The notes under the pieces were generated by a model. That model made no database searches, was not told where the DNA came from, and saw nothing but the letters and a program-made list of their open reading frames with translations. A DNA stretch of 64,000 nt from Vulcanimicrobiota bacterium (GTDB lineage: Bacteria; Vulcanimicrobiota; Vulcanimicrobiia; Eremiobacterales; Eremiobacteraceae), in NCBI GenBank assembly GCA_963805945.1, contig CAWDVP010000002.1, positions 480,001 through 544,000 on the forward strand, given 5' to 3'. Below, one piece after another: positions 33,476 to 43,372 of this stretch; within the stretch, counting starts at the first letter, position 1, and each line of letters starts with the position of its first letter. The translations under genes and the position numbers were made by a program.

Positions 33476-34714
33476 ATCTGCAACATATACGTACACGCCG
33501 CGCAACGTGCTCTCCTCGGGCGATGGCCTGTCCTACGTCTACGACGGCTGGGGCCGGCGCGCAGTGTCCACCACCTCGACCGGCAGCCGCTATTCGTTTT
33601 ACGGCCCGGAGATGACGCTGCTTTCTGAGACCAACGTCTCCACGCAGATGATGGCCGCGGCACGGCGCGCGGCCGGCGTGCGACAAACCGTACGCCAGGG
33701 CAATTCTATTTGGCAAGCGACGCCGCAGCCGAGCGCAAGCGCGCCGACCCCGGCGCCCATGGCCACACTGGGGTCGAGCCGGCAGGCGCGGCAGACCCAG
33801 ACGCTGCACCGCGCCGGCACGATGAGTGCGATGTCCCCGACCGTCGCGTTTGACTACATCTGGTTCGGCGGACGACCCGTTGCGCAGACCGACTCGACCG
33901 GTCTCCATTACACCGTTGCCGATCATCTTGGCACGCCGCTACTGCAGACCGATGCGTCCGCAAACGTGTATTTTAGGATGGAGACCGAGCCCTAAGGCAA
34001 GGTGTGGGCGCTGCGGGCGGGCGACGTGCACCAGCCGCTACGTCTGCCAGGCCAGTGGCTGAGCAATTCGACACGGGTGCTAACGGCGCGACCGAGCGGA
34101 GCTACAACAACTTCCGTTGGTATCGGCCGGGGTGGGGTAGGTATTCGCAAGGCGATCCGATGGGCTTGGCTGGGGGGATAGATTCATATGCGTACGTTAA
34201 CGATAGTCCAAGTACCTTAGTCGACCCTCTGGGCCTTTGCAAGATTTACATGCGGTTTACTCTCCATTTCTTCTTGGGTGCGGCCTGGAACCACACATTT
34301 CTGGAAACAGTCGAGCCGACTGGGGAAACACTCTTCTTTAGAGGCGGTCCGGAGCGCTTTCCGCTCCTAGGAAACTTGGTTACGGTTCATGGTCCGCTGT
34401 TGTCAAATGCAGACATTAGGGGCGACGTGGAAACGTTCTACAGCGAGAGAGTATCAGACCGCGAAACTTACGTCCTTTTGGACGATGGCTTGCCCTGCGA
34501 TTGCTACAATGCGTCCTTCGGGATGACCCTTGGCGAGATCAATAGAGCGCATCATTCCTATAACCTGTTGGGCTTCAATAGCAACTACTCGGCGTACCGG
34601 GCCGCATATCTTGCGGGACTAAATCCACCACCACCACCTGGCTTCACGCCGGGGTGGCTACTTTACAAGCAACCGCTGCCGATAGAAATTCCACGGCTCA
34701 GTGCGCCGCACTAG
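33476..34714 (+). pseudogene. Orphan Rhs core plus toxin tip 1 (in-frame TAA at 33993, frameshift near 34053)
   Basis: Homologous to 31850-32420; DHLGTP, YNNFRWY, DPLGL, then a unique low-GC tip. Confidence 0.88.
33953..33982 (+). other. Putative recombination site 2 (orphan 1)
   Basis: tgcgtccgcaaa-CGTGTA-ttttaggatgga. Confidence 0.55.
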
Positions 34715-34748
34715 GGTTCTCCGCGCAACAGGGGTAAAGCCACGTCAA

Positions 34749-35162
34749 ATGCCGCGCTGGCGTCTGATTTGGGCCATTCCGATAGCGCTATTGCTCATCG
34801 CGACGATGGTTGTTTTCTGGAAGAGTCGTAATATCGAGTCTCAAATGGAGATATTGAGAAGCGACCTGCCGTTAGGGATCACGCGTGATGAAGCCTACGC
34901 GCAGATCCGGAAGCAACATCAGATAGCGTTCAACCGTGACGTAGCAACTGATTCCGGGGATTGGCCTCGCCCCGGTGCGCCACTAGTTCCGGTAGGAGAT
35001 CGAAATCCGACGGAAAAGACCGACCCTTCCCACCCCTATGTCGAAGTCCGATTTCGCCAGGATTTTATCTGTGAACGAAATGGCTATATTTCGATTCATT
35101 TCGACAGGGGCGAAAGAATAGTAAGTGTTGATACAGTTGCCCCGAGATTTACATGCCCTTAG
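34749..35162 (+). CDS. Putative immunity protein for orphan tip 1 (N-terminal TM anchor); alternative start 34701
   Basis: Directly after the tip, low GC, WRLIWAIPIALLLIATMVVFW. Confidence 0.65.
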   Translation: MPRWRLIWAIPIALLLIATMVVFWKSRNIESQMEILRSDLPLGITRDEAYAQIRKQHQIAFNRDVATDSGDWPRPGAPLVPVGDRNPTEKTDPSHPYVEVRFRQDFICERNGYISIHFDRGERIVSVDTVAPRFTCP

Positions 35163-35242
35163 CTTTGGATAGCGTGCCTGACGACTATAGTACGGGCTTT
35201 GGGTGCGTTCCGTTAAAACTATGAGTGGTGGTTTTAGGACGA

Positions 35243-35887
35243 TCAGATGAGGCCGCGGCGTAACGCGATCACCGCGGCGTGCGTCCGATCTGCCGCCGAC
35301 AATTTCTCCATGATATCCCGGATGTGCCCCTTCACCGTGCCCAAGCCGATGCTAAGCTGCTCCGCGATCTCGCTGTTGCTCGTGCCCGCCGCGATGAGCT
35401 GGAGGATCTGCGTCTCGCGCGGTGAGAGTGGCGACTCCGTGTGCGCAGCACCTGCTGCCGCAGGTCTGCCGAACGCTCGCAGCACGACGTGGGCGATGCC
35501 GGGATCGAAGTAGGCGCCGCCTGCTGCTGCCGTCTTGACGGCCTCAACGATGCGCTCCGGATCGGCAGACTTCAAACAGTAGGCATCTGCGCCGGCAGCA
35601 AGCGCGCCAATCACCTCGTCCTCCATGTCGTGCATGGTGAGGATGAGCACCTTGGTCTTGGGCAGATCGCGCCTGATGCGGCGCGTGAGCTCGATGCCGT
35701 CGAGCCCGGGCAAGCCGATATCGACGACCGCGACGTCAGGTTTGAGCCGCAGCGCCTCTTCGAGCCCCGCTTCGCCGTCGCTCGCCTCGCCCACGACTTC
35801 GAGCGACGCGATGCAGTCCAACGCGGTGCGCAGACCGGTGCGCGTCAGCGCGTGATCCTCGACGATGAGCACCTTCGTCTTAGCCAT
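35243..35887 (-). CDS. NarL/LuxR family response regulator
   Basis: IVEDH, VVDIGLPGLDG, YCLK, LSPRETQIL...TVKGHI. Confidence 0.95.
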   Translation of the reverse strand: MAKTKVLIVEDHALTRTGLRTALDCIASLEVVGEASDGEAGLEEALRLKPDVAVVDIGLPGLDGIELTRRIRRDLPKTKVLILTMHDMEDEVIGALAAGADAYCLKSADPERIVEAVKTAAAGGAYFDPGIAHVVLRAFGRPAAAGAAHTESPLSPRETQILQLIAAGTSNSEIAEQLSIGLGTVKGHIRDIMEKLSAADRTHAAVIALRRGLI

Positions 35888-37575
35888 GCGCCACTTCGGC
35901 TGAGGTCGCCAGGGGCAAGCTCATCGTGAACACGCTGCCGCGCTGCGCGCCGGGCTCATAGCCGACCGTGCCGCCGTGGCTCTCCGCGATGCGCCGCACG
36001 ATGTACAACCCTAGCCCGGTGCCGCCGCCGCGGCGCGTCGTGCCGTCGCCGTGGAAACGCTGGAAGAGCGAGGCGCGGTCCGCTTCGGGCACGCCGTAGC
36101 CGTCGTCTTCGACCGATACGAGCGCGTCGCCATTAGCCGCGCCGATGCGTACGAGGATCTTCCCGTTCTCCGGCGTCCACGTCACCGCATTGGCCACGAG
36201 GTTGATGAGCGCGCGTCGCACTTCGCTCTCGTCGACGAGCGCAAACACACCCTCTCCCTCGACGCGGCAGTCGATGTGCTTGGAGGTCCACAGGGATTCA
36301 AGCTCGGCAACGACCGAGCGTGCGAGCTTGCCGAGATCGGTCGGCCGGCGTTGCGTGGACTCTTCGCTTGATTCGTAGCGCGCCACGAGCAGCAGGGTCT
36401 GTGCGAGGCGTTCGAGCTCTTCGTTCGAGCCGATCGAGCGGCGCAGCACCTCGACATATTCAGGCGGTAGCTTGCCGTACGCGCCGGAGACCGCTTGGCG
36501 CATAGTCATGCCCGCCGCCATGAGCGGCGTGCGCAGGTCGTGGGAGAGCGCGTAGACGATGTCGCGGATGACCTGGTTGCGCTCCACCAGCTCCGCGTTG
36601 ACGCTTTGCACTTGATCGTTCGTCGAGGCAAGCGCTTCGAAGAGTTTCGCCTGCTCGATCGCGCGCGCGCCTTGGTCGGCGAACGCCCGTGTCACGTTCT
36701 CCAATTCGGGGATCCGATTCGCGGTCGCGATCCCGCCACTCGAGCAGCAGCACGGCGAAGACGTCTGAACCGGAGCCGAATGGCGCGATGAGCGCTGCGC
36801 GCGCGCCGATGTTGCCGAGAGTGAACCGCGCCAGCGCGTCAGCTTGGCTCAAGAAGAAGATGTTTCGATCGTCGACCGCGCGCTGTAGCGCCGTCCAGAC
36901 GCCGGGATCGGGCCGCCGCTCGGACATCTCGACGTCGTCCGAGCCGCGCGTGACGTGGAACGACACGCCGGTCGGCCGGCCCGCTTCGACCGGGAACAAG
37001 GTCGCCGCGTCGCCATCGAGCGCTTCGATGGCCTGGCGCGTCACCGCGCGCCACACCAGTTCGGGGCTGAGCGACTCGCGCATGCGCTCGCCGGCCTTGC
37101 GCAGCGCGTTGGCGCGCTTTGCAGTGAGCTCTCGCGCGGCCGACTCGCCCGCGAGCCTCGCCGCGCCTTGCGTGGCGACCGCGAGCCCGCCGACGAGGAT
37201 GGCGGAAAACGCGGCCAACACGCGGTCAGCGGTCGCGATCGGATCGTAGTGTCCCTCATGCACGCCGTTGTACCAACCCGCCACCACGTTCGCGATCAAG
37301 CTGAGGATGACGATGCCCCAGGTCAACCGGCGGTTGAGGGCCAGTGCGGTGAGCGCAACGGGGGCGTCGAGGAGGATCGCCGCGACGAACAGCTGTGGCG
37401 TGAACATGTCGATGAGCCACGCGGCGAGCACGAGGCCGATGCACAGGTAGGGGATCCAGGAACGAGGCACGTCCCTGCATTTCTGTGGGCGTTCCACCCA
37501 TCCCCACGTCCGAACGGATGAGCCGTTCGGAGGATGGCCGCCACGAGCGGGGCGTGCTAGGATGCTTGTGGACAT
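35880..37575 (-). CDS. Membrane sensor histidine kinase (4 TM, GAF-like, HisKA, HATPase), frameshift near 36705; start may be about 37470
   Basis: SHDLRTPL, NLVANA, EDDGYG, GTGLGL; N-terminal TM bundle. Confidence 0.88.
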
Positions 37576-37596
37576 TTTCTCGGAGGGGCGACCAAC

Positions 37597-37680
37597 GTGC
37601 TTGAAATCATCCTCATCGTATTGACTCTGGTGATCTTCTACGCGTTCGACCGCTACACGGTCGGCCTGGAGCGCCTCTGA
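37597..37680 (+). CDS. 27-aa hydrophobic peptide preceding kdpF (MLEIILIVLTLVIFYAFDRYTVGLERL)
   Basis: RBS GGAGG at 37582, GTG start, TGA overlapping the kdpF ATG. Confidence 0.72.
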   Translation: MLEIILIVLTLVIFYAFDRYTVGLERL

Positions 37681-37766
37681 TGGCCGACCAGATCATCGGC
37701 CTCGTGCTCGCGCTGCTCGGCCTGTGGTACCTCGCGTACGCCATGCTGCGGCCCGAGAAATTCTAA
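37680..37766 (+). CDS. kdpF: K+-transporting ATPase subunit F (MADQIIGLVLALLGLWYLAYAMLRPEKF)
   Basis: YLxYAMLRPEKF signature directly upstream of kdpA. Confidence 0.92.
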   Translation: MADQIIGLVLALLGLWYLAYAMLRPEKF

Positions 37767-37776
37767 GGACAGAGAC

Positions 37777-39479
37777 ATGAACATCTACGGCTGGCTGCAG
37801 GCGCTCGTCTTCTTCGCGCTCGTGCTCGCTGCCACGCGACCGCTCGGCGCGTACATGGCCCGCGTGTTCGAGGGCGAGAAGACCCTCCTTACCCCGGTGT
37901 TCGCGCCGATCGAACGGCTCATCTATCGCGTCTGCCGCGTGGATGTGGCCGCGGAGATGTCCGCGGGTTCGTATCTGCTCGCGACGCTGGCCTTCAGCCT
38001 CGTCGGCTTGGCCTATCTCTACGCGCTGCTGCGCACGCAGAAGTGGCTGCCGCTCAACCCGCAGCACTTCGACAATCTCGCGCCCGACAACGCCTGGAAC
38101 GTCGCGGTCAGCTTCATGACCAACACGAACTGGCAGTTCTACTCCGGCGAGAGCACGATGAGCTACCTCTCGCAGATGGCCGGGCTGCCTGGCATAACTT
38201 CGTGTCGGCCGCGGTGGGCATCGCGATCGCCATCGCGGTCGATCCGCGGCGTGTGCCGCACGGATAAGAAGACGGTCGGCAACTTCTGGGTCGACCTGAC
38301 GCGCGCCGCGCTCTACATCTTAGTGCCGATCAGCGTCGTCGGCTGCCTGCTGCTCGTCTGGCAAGGCGTGCCGCAGAACTTCCATGCGTATCAGGACGTC
38401 GCGTCGATCGAAGGCTTCAAGCAGACGATCACCGGCGGGCCGATGGCCTCGCAAGAGGTCATCAAGGAGCTCGGCACCAACGGCGGCGGCTTCGTCAACG
38501 CGAACTCCGCGTCGCCGAACGAGAACCCGACGGCGTTCAGCAACCTGCTCGAGATGTTCTTCATCTTCCTGATCGGCGCCGGCCTGACGTACACGTACGG
38601 CCGCTTCGCCAAGGATCAGCGCCAAGGCTGGGCGCTCTTCGTCGCGATGGCGCTGCTCTTCGCCGGCGGTTTCGCGGTCGCGTATGCCGCCGAATCCGCC
38701 GGCAATCCGATCGTGCACGCGTTGGGCGTCGCGGGCGGCAACATGGAGGGCAAGGAGTGCCGCTTCGGCGTCGCCGCGTCGTCGCTGTTCGCCACCGTCA
38801 CCACCGACACGTCGTGCGGCGCGGTCAACTCGATGCACGACTCGTTCACGCCGCTCGGCGGCCTCGTGCCGCTGGTCAACATGCAGCTCGGCGAGATCGT
38901 CTTCGGCGGCGTCGGCACGGGGCTGTACGGCATGATCGTGTTCGTCGTGCTCACCGTGTTCATCGCCGGCCTGATGGTCGGGCGCACGCCCGAGTTCCTC
39001 GGCAAGAAGATCGAGCGCAATGAGGTGCAGCTCGCGATCCTCGGCGCGCTCGTGCTGCCGGTGTTCGCGCTCATCCCGACCGCGATTTCGGTGCTCGTGC
39101 CGGCCGGAACCGCGACGCTGGGCAACGCCGGCGCCGCACGGCTTCTCGGAAATGCTCTACGGCTTCACCTCGACCACTGAGAACAACGGCAGCGCGTTCG
39201 CCGGCCTCGGCGGCAACACGTACTTCAACATCCTGATGGGCGTCGTGATGCTCTGCGGACGCTTCTTGTTCCTCATCCCGGCGGTGCTGCTGGCGGGTTC
39301 GCTCGCCGGCAAGCCGCGCACGCCGGAGACGACCGGCACGTTCCAGACGCACTCGCCGATCTTCGTCGGCCTGCTTGCTCGGCGTCATCATCATCGTCGG
39401 CGCGCTGACGTTCTTCCCGGCCGACGCGCTCGGCCCGATCGTCGAACATCTCCAAATGCTGCAAGGAAAGAGCTTCTGA
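37777..39479 (+). CDS. kdpA: K+-transporting ATPase subunit A, frameshifted
   Basis: [50 protein letters not shown]. Confidence 0.95.
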
Positions 39480-41531
39480 TGATCTCCGAGCGACGGCTGG
39501 AGCGCCGGCCCAAAGCGCGCTCGCTCTTCGACCGCGCGATCCTTTCGCGCGCGCTGGTCGATTCGTTCCGCAAGCTCGATCCGCGCTGGCAGTTCCGCAA
39601 CCCGGTCATGTTCGTGTGCGAGATCGGCGCGCTGGTGACGCTGGGATTCTTCTTCCGCGACCTGCGCGTGCACGGCCCGGCGGGCTTCGATTTCGCGATC
39701 TCCATCTGGCTGTGGTTCACGGTCCTCTTCGCGAACTTCGCCGAAGCCGTCGCCGAGGGGCGCGGCAAGGCGCAAGCCGATTTCCTGCGGCGCACCAAGA
39801 CCGACACCAAAGCGCGTCGCATGGTCGCACGGCCGCGAGGAGACTGGTCAGCTCGACCGAGCTGCGCAAAGGCGATGTCGTCCGCGTCAACGCCGGCGAG
39901 CTCATCGCCGCCGACGGCGACGTCGTCGAGGGCGCCGCGACCGTCGACGAATCCGCCATCACCGGCGAATCCGCACCGGTCATCCGCGAAGCGGGCGGCG
40001 ACCGCAGCTCGGTGACCGGCGGCACGCGCGTGCTCTCCGATTCGATCCTCATCCAGGTGACCGCCAATCCGGGCGAGGCGTTCCTCGACCGCATGATCGC
40101 GCTCGTCGAAGGCGCGAAGCGCCAGAAGACCCCGAACGAGATCGCGCTCTCGATCCTGCTCTCCGGCCTCACCATCATCTTCTTGATCGCGGTCGCGACG
40201 CTGGCGCCGTACTCGCTCTACGCGGGCTCACCGCAGTCGGTGACCGTGCTCATCGCGCTGCTCGTCTGCCTGATCCCGACGACGATCGGCGGGCTGCTCT
40301 CGGCGATCGGCATCGCCGGCATGGATCGCGTGCTGCAGCGCAACGTGCTCGCGATGAGCGGCCGCGCGGTCGAAGCCGCGGGCGACGTCGACACGCTGCT
40401 GCTCGACAAGACCGGCACCATCACGCTCGGCAACCGCCAGGCGAGCGAGATCGTGCTCGCGCCGGGCGTCAACATCAAAGATGCCGCGCGCGCGGCGTAC
40501 CTCTCCTCGCTCTCCGACGAGACGCCGGAAGGCCGCTCGATCGTCGTGCTGGCCGAGCAATACGGCGCCACGCTCGAGGGCAAGCCCTCCGAGGCGACGT
40601 TCGTGCCGTTCAGCGCCTACACGCGCATGAGCGGCGTCGACGTGGCCGACGGGCCGGCCGTGCGCAAGGGCGCGCCCGATGCCGATGCGCGCCTGGGCGC
40701 GCGAGCGCGGCGGTGACGAGCGGCGACGTGCTCGCGCCAGACGTCGAGCGCATCGCGCGCTCCGGCGGCACGCCGCTGCTGCTCGCGCAGGACGGCAAAG
40801 TGCTCGCCGCGATCCACCTCAAAGACATCCTCAAGCCCGACATGCGCAGCGCTTCGACCGGCTGCGCGCGATGGGCATCCGCACGATCATGATCACCGGC
40901 GACAACCCGCTCACCGCGGGCGCGATCGCACGCGAGGCGGGCGTCGACGATTTCCTCGCCGAGGCCACGCCCGAGACGAAGATGGCGCTCATCAGGCGCG
41001 AGCAGGAGAGCGGCCGGCTCGTCGCCATGACCGGCGACGGCACCAACGACGCGCCTGCGCTCGCGCAAGCCGACGTCGGCGTCGCCATGAACTCCGGCAC
41101 CCAGGCGGCCAAAGAAGCCGCCAACATGGTCGACCTCGATTCGGATCCGACCAAACTCATCGAGATCGTCGAGATCGGCAAGCAGCTGCTCATGACGCGC
41201 GGCGCGCTCACCACCTTCTCGATCGCCAACGACGTCGCGAAGTACTTCGCGATCCTGCCGGCGATGTTCGCCGCCGCCTACCCGGTGATGGGCGCGCTCA
41301 ACGTGATGCAGCTCAACGCCGCAGAGCGCGATCCTCTCGGCGGTCATCTTCAACGCGCTCATCATCATCGCGCTGATCCCGCTCGCGCTGCGCGGCGTCG
41401 CATACCGGCCGCGCGGCGCGAACATCGTGCTGCGCGACAACGTGCTATGCTACGGCTTCGGCGGCGTCATCGTGCCGTTCGTCGGCATCAAGGCGATCGA
41501 CATGATCCTCGCCGCGCTCCACCTCAGTTAA
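39479..41531 (+). CDS. kdpB: K+-transporting ATPase subunit B, frameshifted
   Basis: [28 protein letters not shown]. Confidence 0.95.
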
Positions 41532-41544
41532 GGACAATACGATC

Positions 41545-42144
41545 ATGAATGCGCCCGTCGTCAAAGACTCAACCGCCAGCCACCTGGTCACCGCCACGGC
41601 GTACACCGTGCTCAGCGTCGTGCTGCTCGGGCTCGTCTATCCCGCCGTGATGACGGTGATCGCGCAGCTGCTCTTCCACAACCAGGCCAACGGCTCGCTG
41701 GTGTACGTCGAGGGCAAACCGGTGGCGTCGGCGATCATCGGCCAGCAGTGGACCAAGCCGCAGTATTTCCACGGGCGTCCGTCTGCCGCGGGCAAGGGCT
41801 ACGATCCGACCTCGACCGGCGGCACCAACCTCGCGCCGACGTCGAAGAAGCTCATCGACGCGACCAAAGCGACGATCGCCGCGCTGCGCAAAGAGAATCC
41901 CCATGCCAACGGGCCGATCCCGATGGACCTCGTGACCTCGAGCGCGAGCGGCATCGATCCCGACATCAGCCCTGAGGGCGCGTACTATCAGGCGCCGCGC
42001 ATCGCGGCCGCGCGCGGCATGACGGTGGCTGCGGTGGAGGCCGTCATCGACAAACACGTGGTGTCGCGCACGCTGGGCGTGCTGGGCGAACCCCACGTCA
42101 ACGTCTTGGAACTCAATCTGGCGCTCGACGCCGGAAAGCGATAG
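41545..42144 (+). CDS. kdpC: K+-transporting ATPase subunit C
   Basis: [40 protein letters not shown]. Confidence 0.96.
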   Translation: MNAPVVKDSTASHLVTATAYTVLSVVLLGLVYPAVMTVIAQLLFHNQANGSLVYVEGKPVASAIIGQQWTKPQYFHGRPSAAGKGYDPTSTGGTNLAPTSKKLIDATKATIAALRKENPHANGPIPMDLVTSSASGIDPDISPEGAYYQAPRIAAARGMTVAAVEAVIDKHVVSRTLGVLGEPHVNVLELNLALDAGKR

Positions 42145-42153
42145 TAAGAAACC

Positions 42154-43359
42154 ATGCGTCTCGTCACCTTCGTGGCGGCGGCCATCGCAGGCGCCGCCCT
42201 CCCCGCGCTCGCGCTGGCGGATCAGGCCGCGCCCTCGGCGACGCCTGTAGCCAGCCCGACGCCGCTCACCAGCCACGCTGCGGCCTCACCGACCCCGACG
42301 CCGACACCAACGCCGTCGCCCTCGCCGGCGGTCCAGTTGCACGGCGTGCTCAGCGCGACCGAGGTGTTCACCAGCGGCGTCAACGCGACCGGCAGCTTCG
42401 ACACGCCGACCGGCGCCGACGTCCCCGCGCGCTTCAACGTCAGCAACGCGTTCGCGATACTGACCAAGAACCAAGGCACGCTGCAATACGCTTTGCAAGC
42501 CGGCGCGTACAGCATTCCGGTGGTCGGCTTCGCGGGCAACAAGACGATCGCGACGAACGCGAACACCGGCTTGTACGGCCCGGTGCCGCTCGCATACCTC
42601 GAATATGTGCCGAGCTCGAGCTTCAACGTCAGCGCGGGCATCCTGGCTACGTTGACGGGCGCCGAATCCACTTTCACCTATGAGGATTGGAATATCCAGC
42701 GCGGCGCCGTGTGGAACGTGGAAAACGCAGTCAGCCGCGGCGTGCGCATGAATTTCACCACGGGCAAGCTCACGGTCACCGCTGGTGCGAACGACGGATT
42801 CTGGTCGGGCAAATGGATCGCGGCGGAAGGTGCGCTCAACTACGTGCCGGACTCAAACGAATCGCTGCTATTCGTGGCGCTCGTGCCGAACGCCCAGACG
42901 CCGCCGAACCCCACCGCGTCGGTCGCCAACAAACAGCTGCTCAACCTCGTGTATTCGCGCACGATGGGAAACGTGCAGATCGAACCATACGTGTTATGGA
43001 CGCAGTCACCGGCCGCTGCAGGCCTCGGCTACACCAGCTCCGAGAGCGCGTTCGGCGCGGCGCTGCTAGCTAACCTGACCCTCTCGAGCAAGTGGTCGAC
43101 GGCACTGCGCTACGAGACCTTGCACAACTCGAGCATGCCGGGCGCCACCAGTCTCAATGCAGACCTCGTCGGGTACGGACCGGGTAGCGGCGTCAACACG
43201 TTGACACTGACGCCTGAGTGGAAGAACGGGCCGCTCTTCGCGCGGGTCGATCTTTCAGAAGCGTGGCCAGGCTATTACACGCCAGGGCTGGCGTTCGGCA
43301 CCGGGGGCACGGGCAACAGTCAGTTCCGCACCGTCCTCGAGTTCGGCGTCCAGCTCTAA
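42154..43359 (+). CDS. Putative outer-membrane beta-barrel protein (porin-like)
   Basis: Signal peptide, PT linker, amphipathic beta strands, ends in a beta-strand-like segment (VLEFGVQL). Confidence 0.7.
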   Translation: MRLVTFVAAAIAGAALPALALADQAAPSATPVASPTPLTSHAAASPTPTPTPTPSPSPAVQLHGVLSATEVFTSGVNATGSFDTPTGADVPARFNVSNAFAILTKNQGTLQYALQAGAYSIPVVGFAGNKTIATNANTGLYGPVPLAYLEYVPSSSFNVSAGILATLTGAESTFTYEDWNIQRGAVWNVENAVSRGVRMNFTTGKLTVTAGANDGFWSGKWIAAEGALNYVPDSNESLLFVALVPNAQTPPNPTASVANKQLLNLVYSRTMGNVQIEPYVLWTQSPAAAGLGYTSSESAFGAALLANLTLSSKWSTALRYETLHNSSMPGATSLNADLVGYGPGSGVNTLTLTPEWKNGPLFARVDLSEAWPGYYTPGLAFGTGGTGNSQFRTVLEFGVQL

Positions 43360-43372
43360 AGCCGCTAGCGCG

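Noticed and set aside
35205..35243. ttttaggacga after the orphan 1 immunity gene, resembling the right arm of the recombination site
   Set aside because: No CGTGTA spacer and no correctly spaced left arm; more likely a weak hairpin or chance.
37480..37596. c-di-AMP (ydaO) riboswitch ahead of kdp
   Set aside because: The region is short, shared with the divergent kinase start, and shows no recognisable conserved riboswitch motifs.
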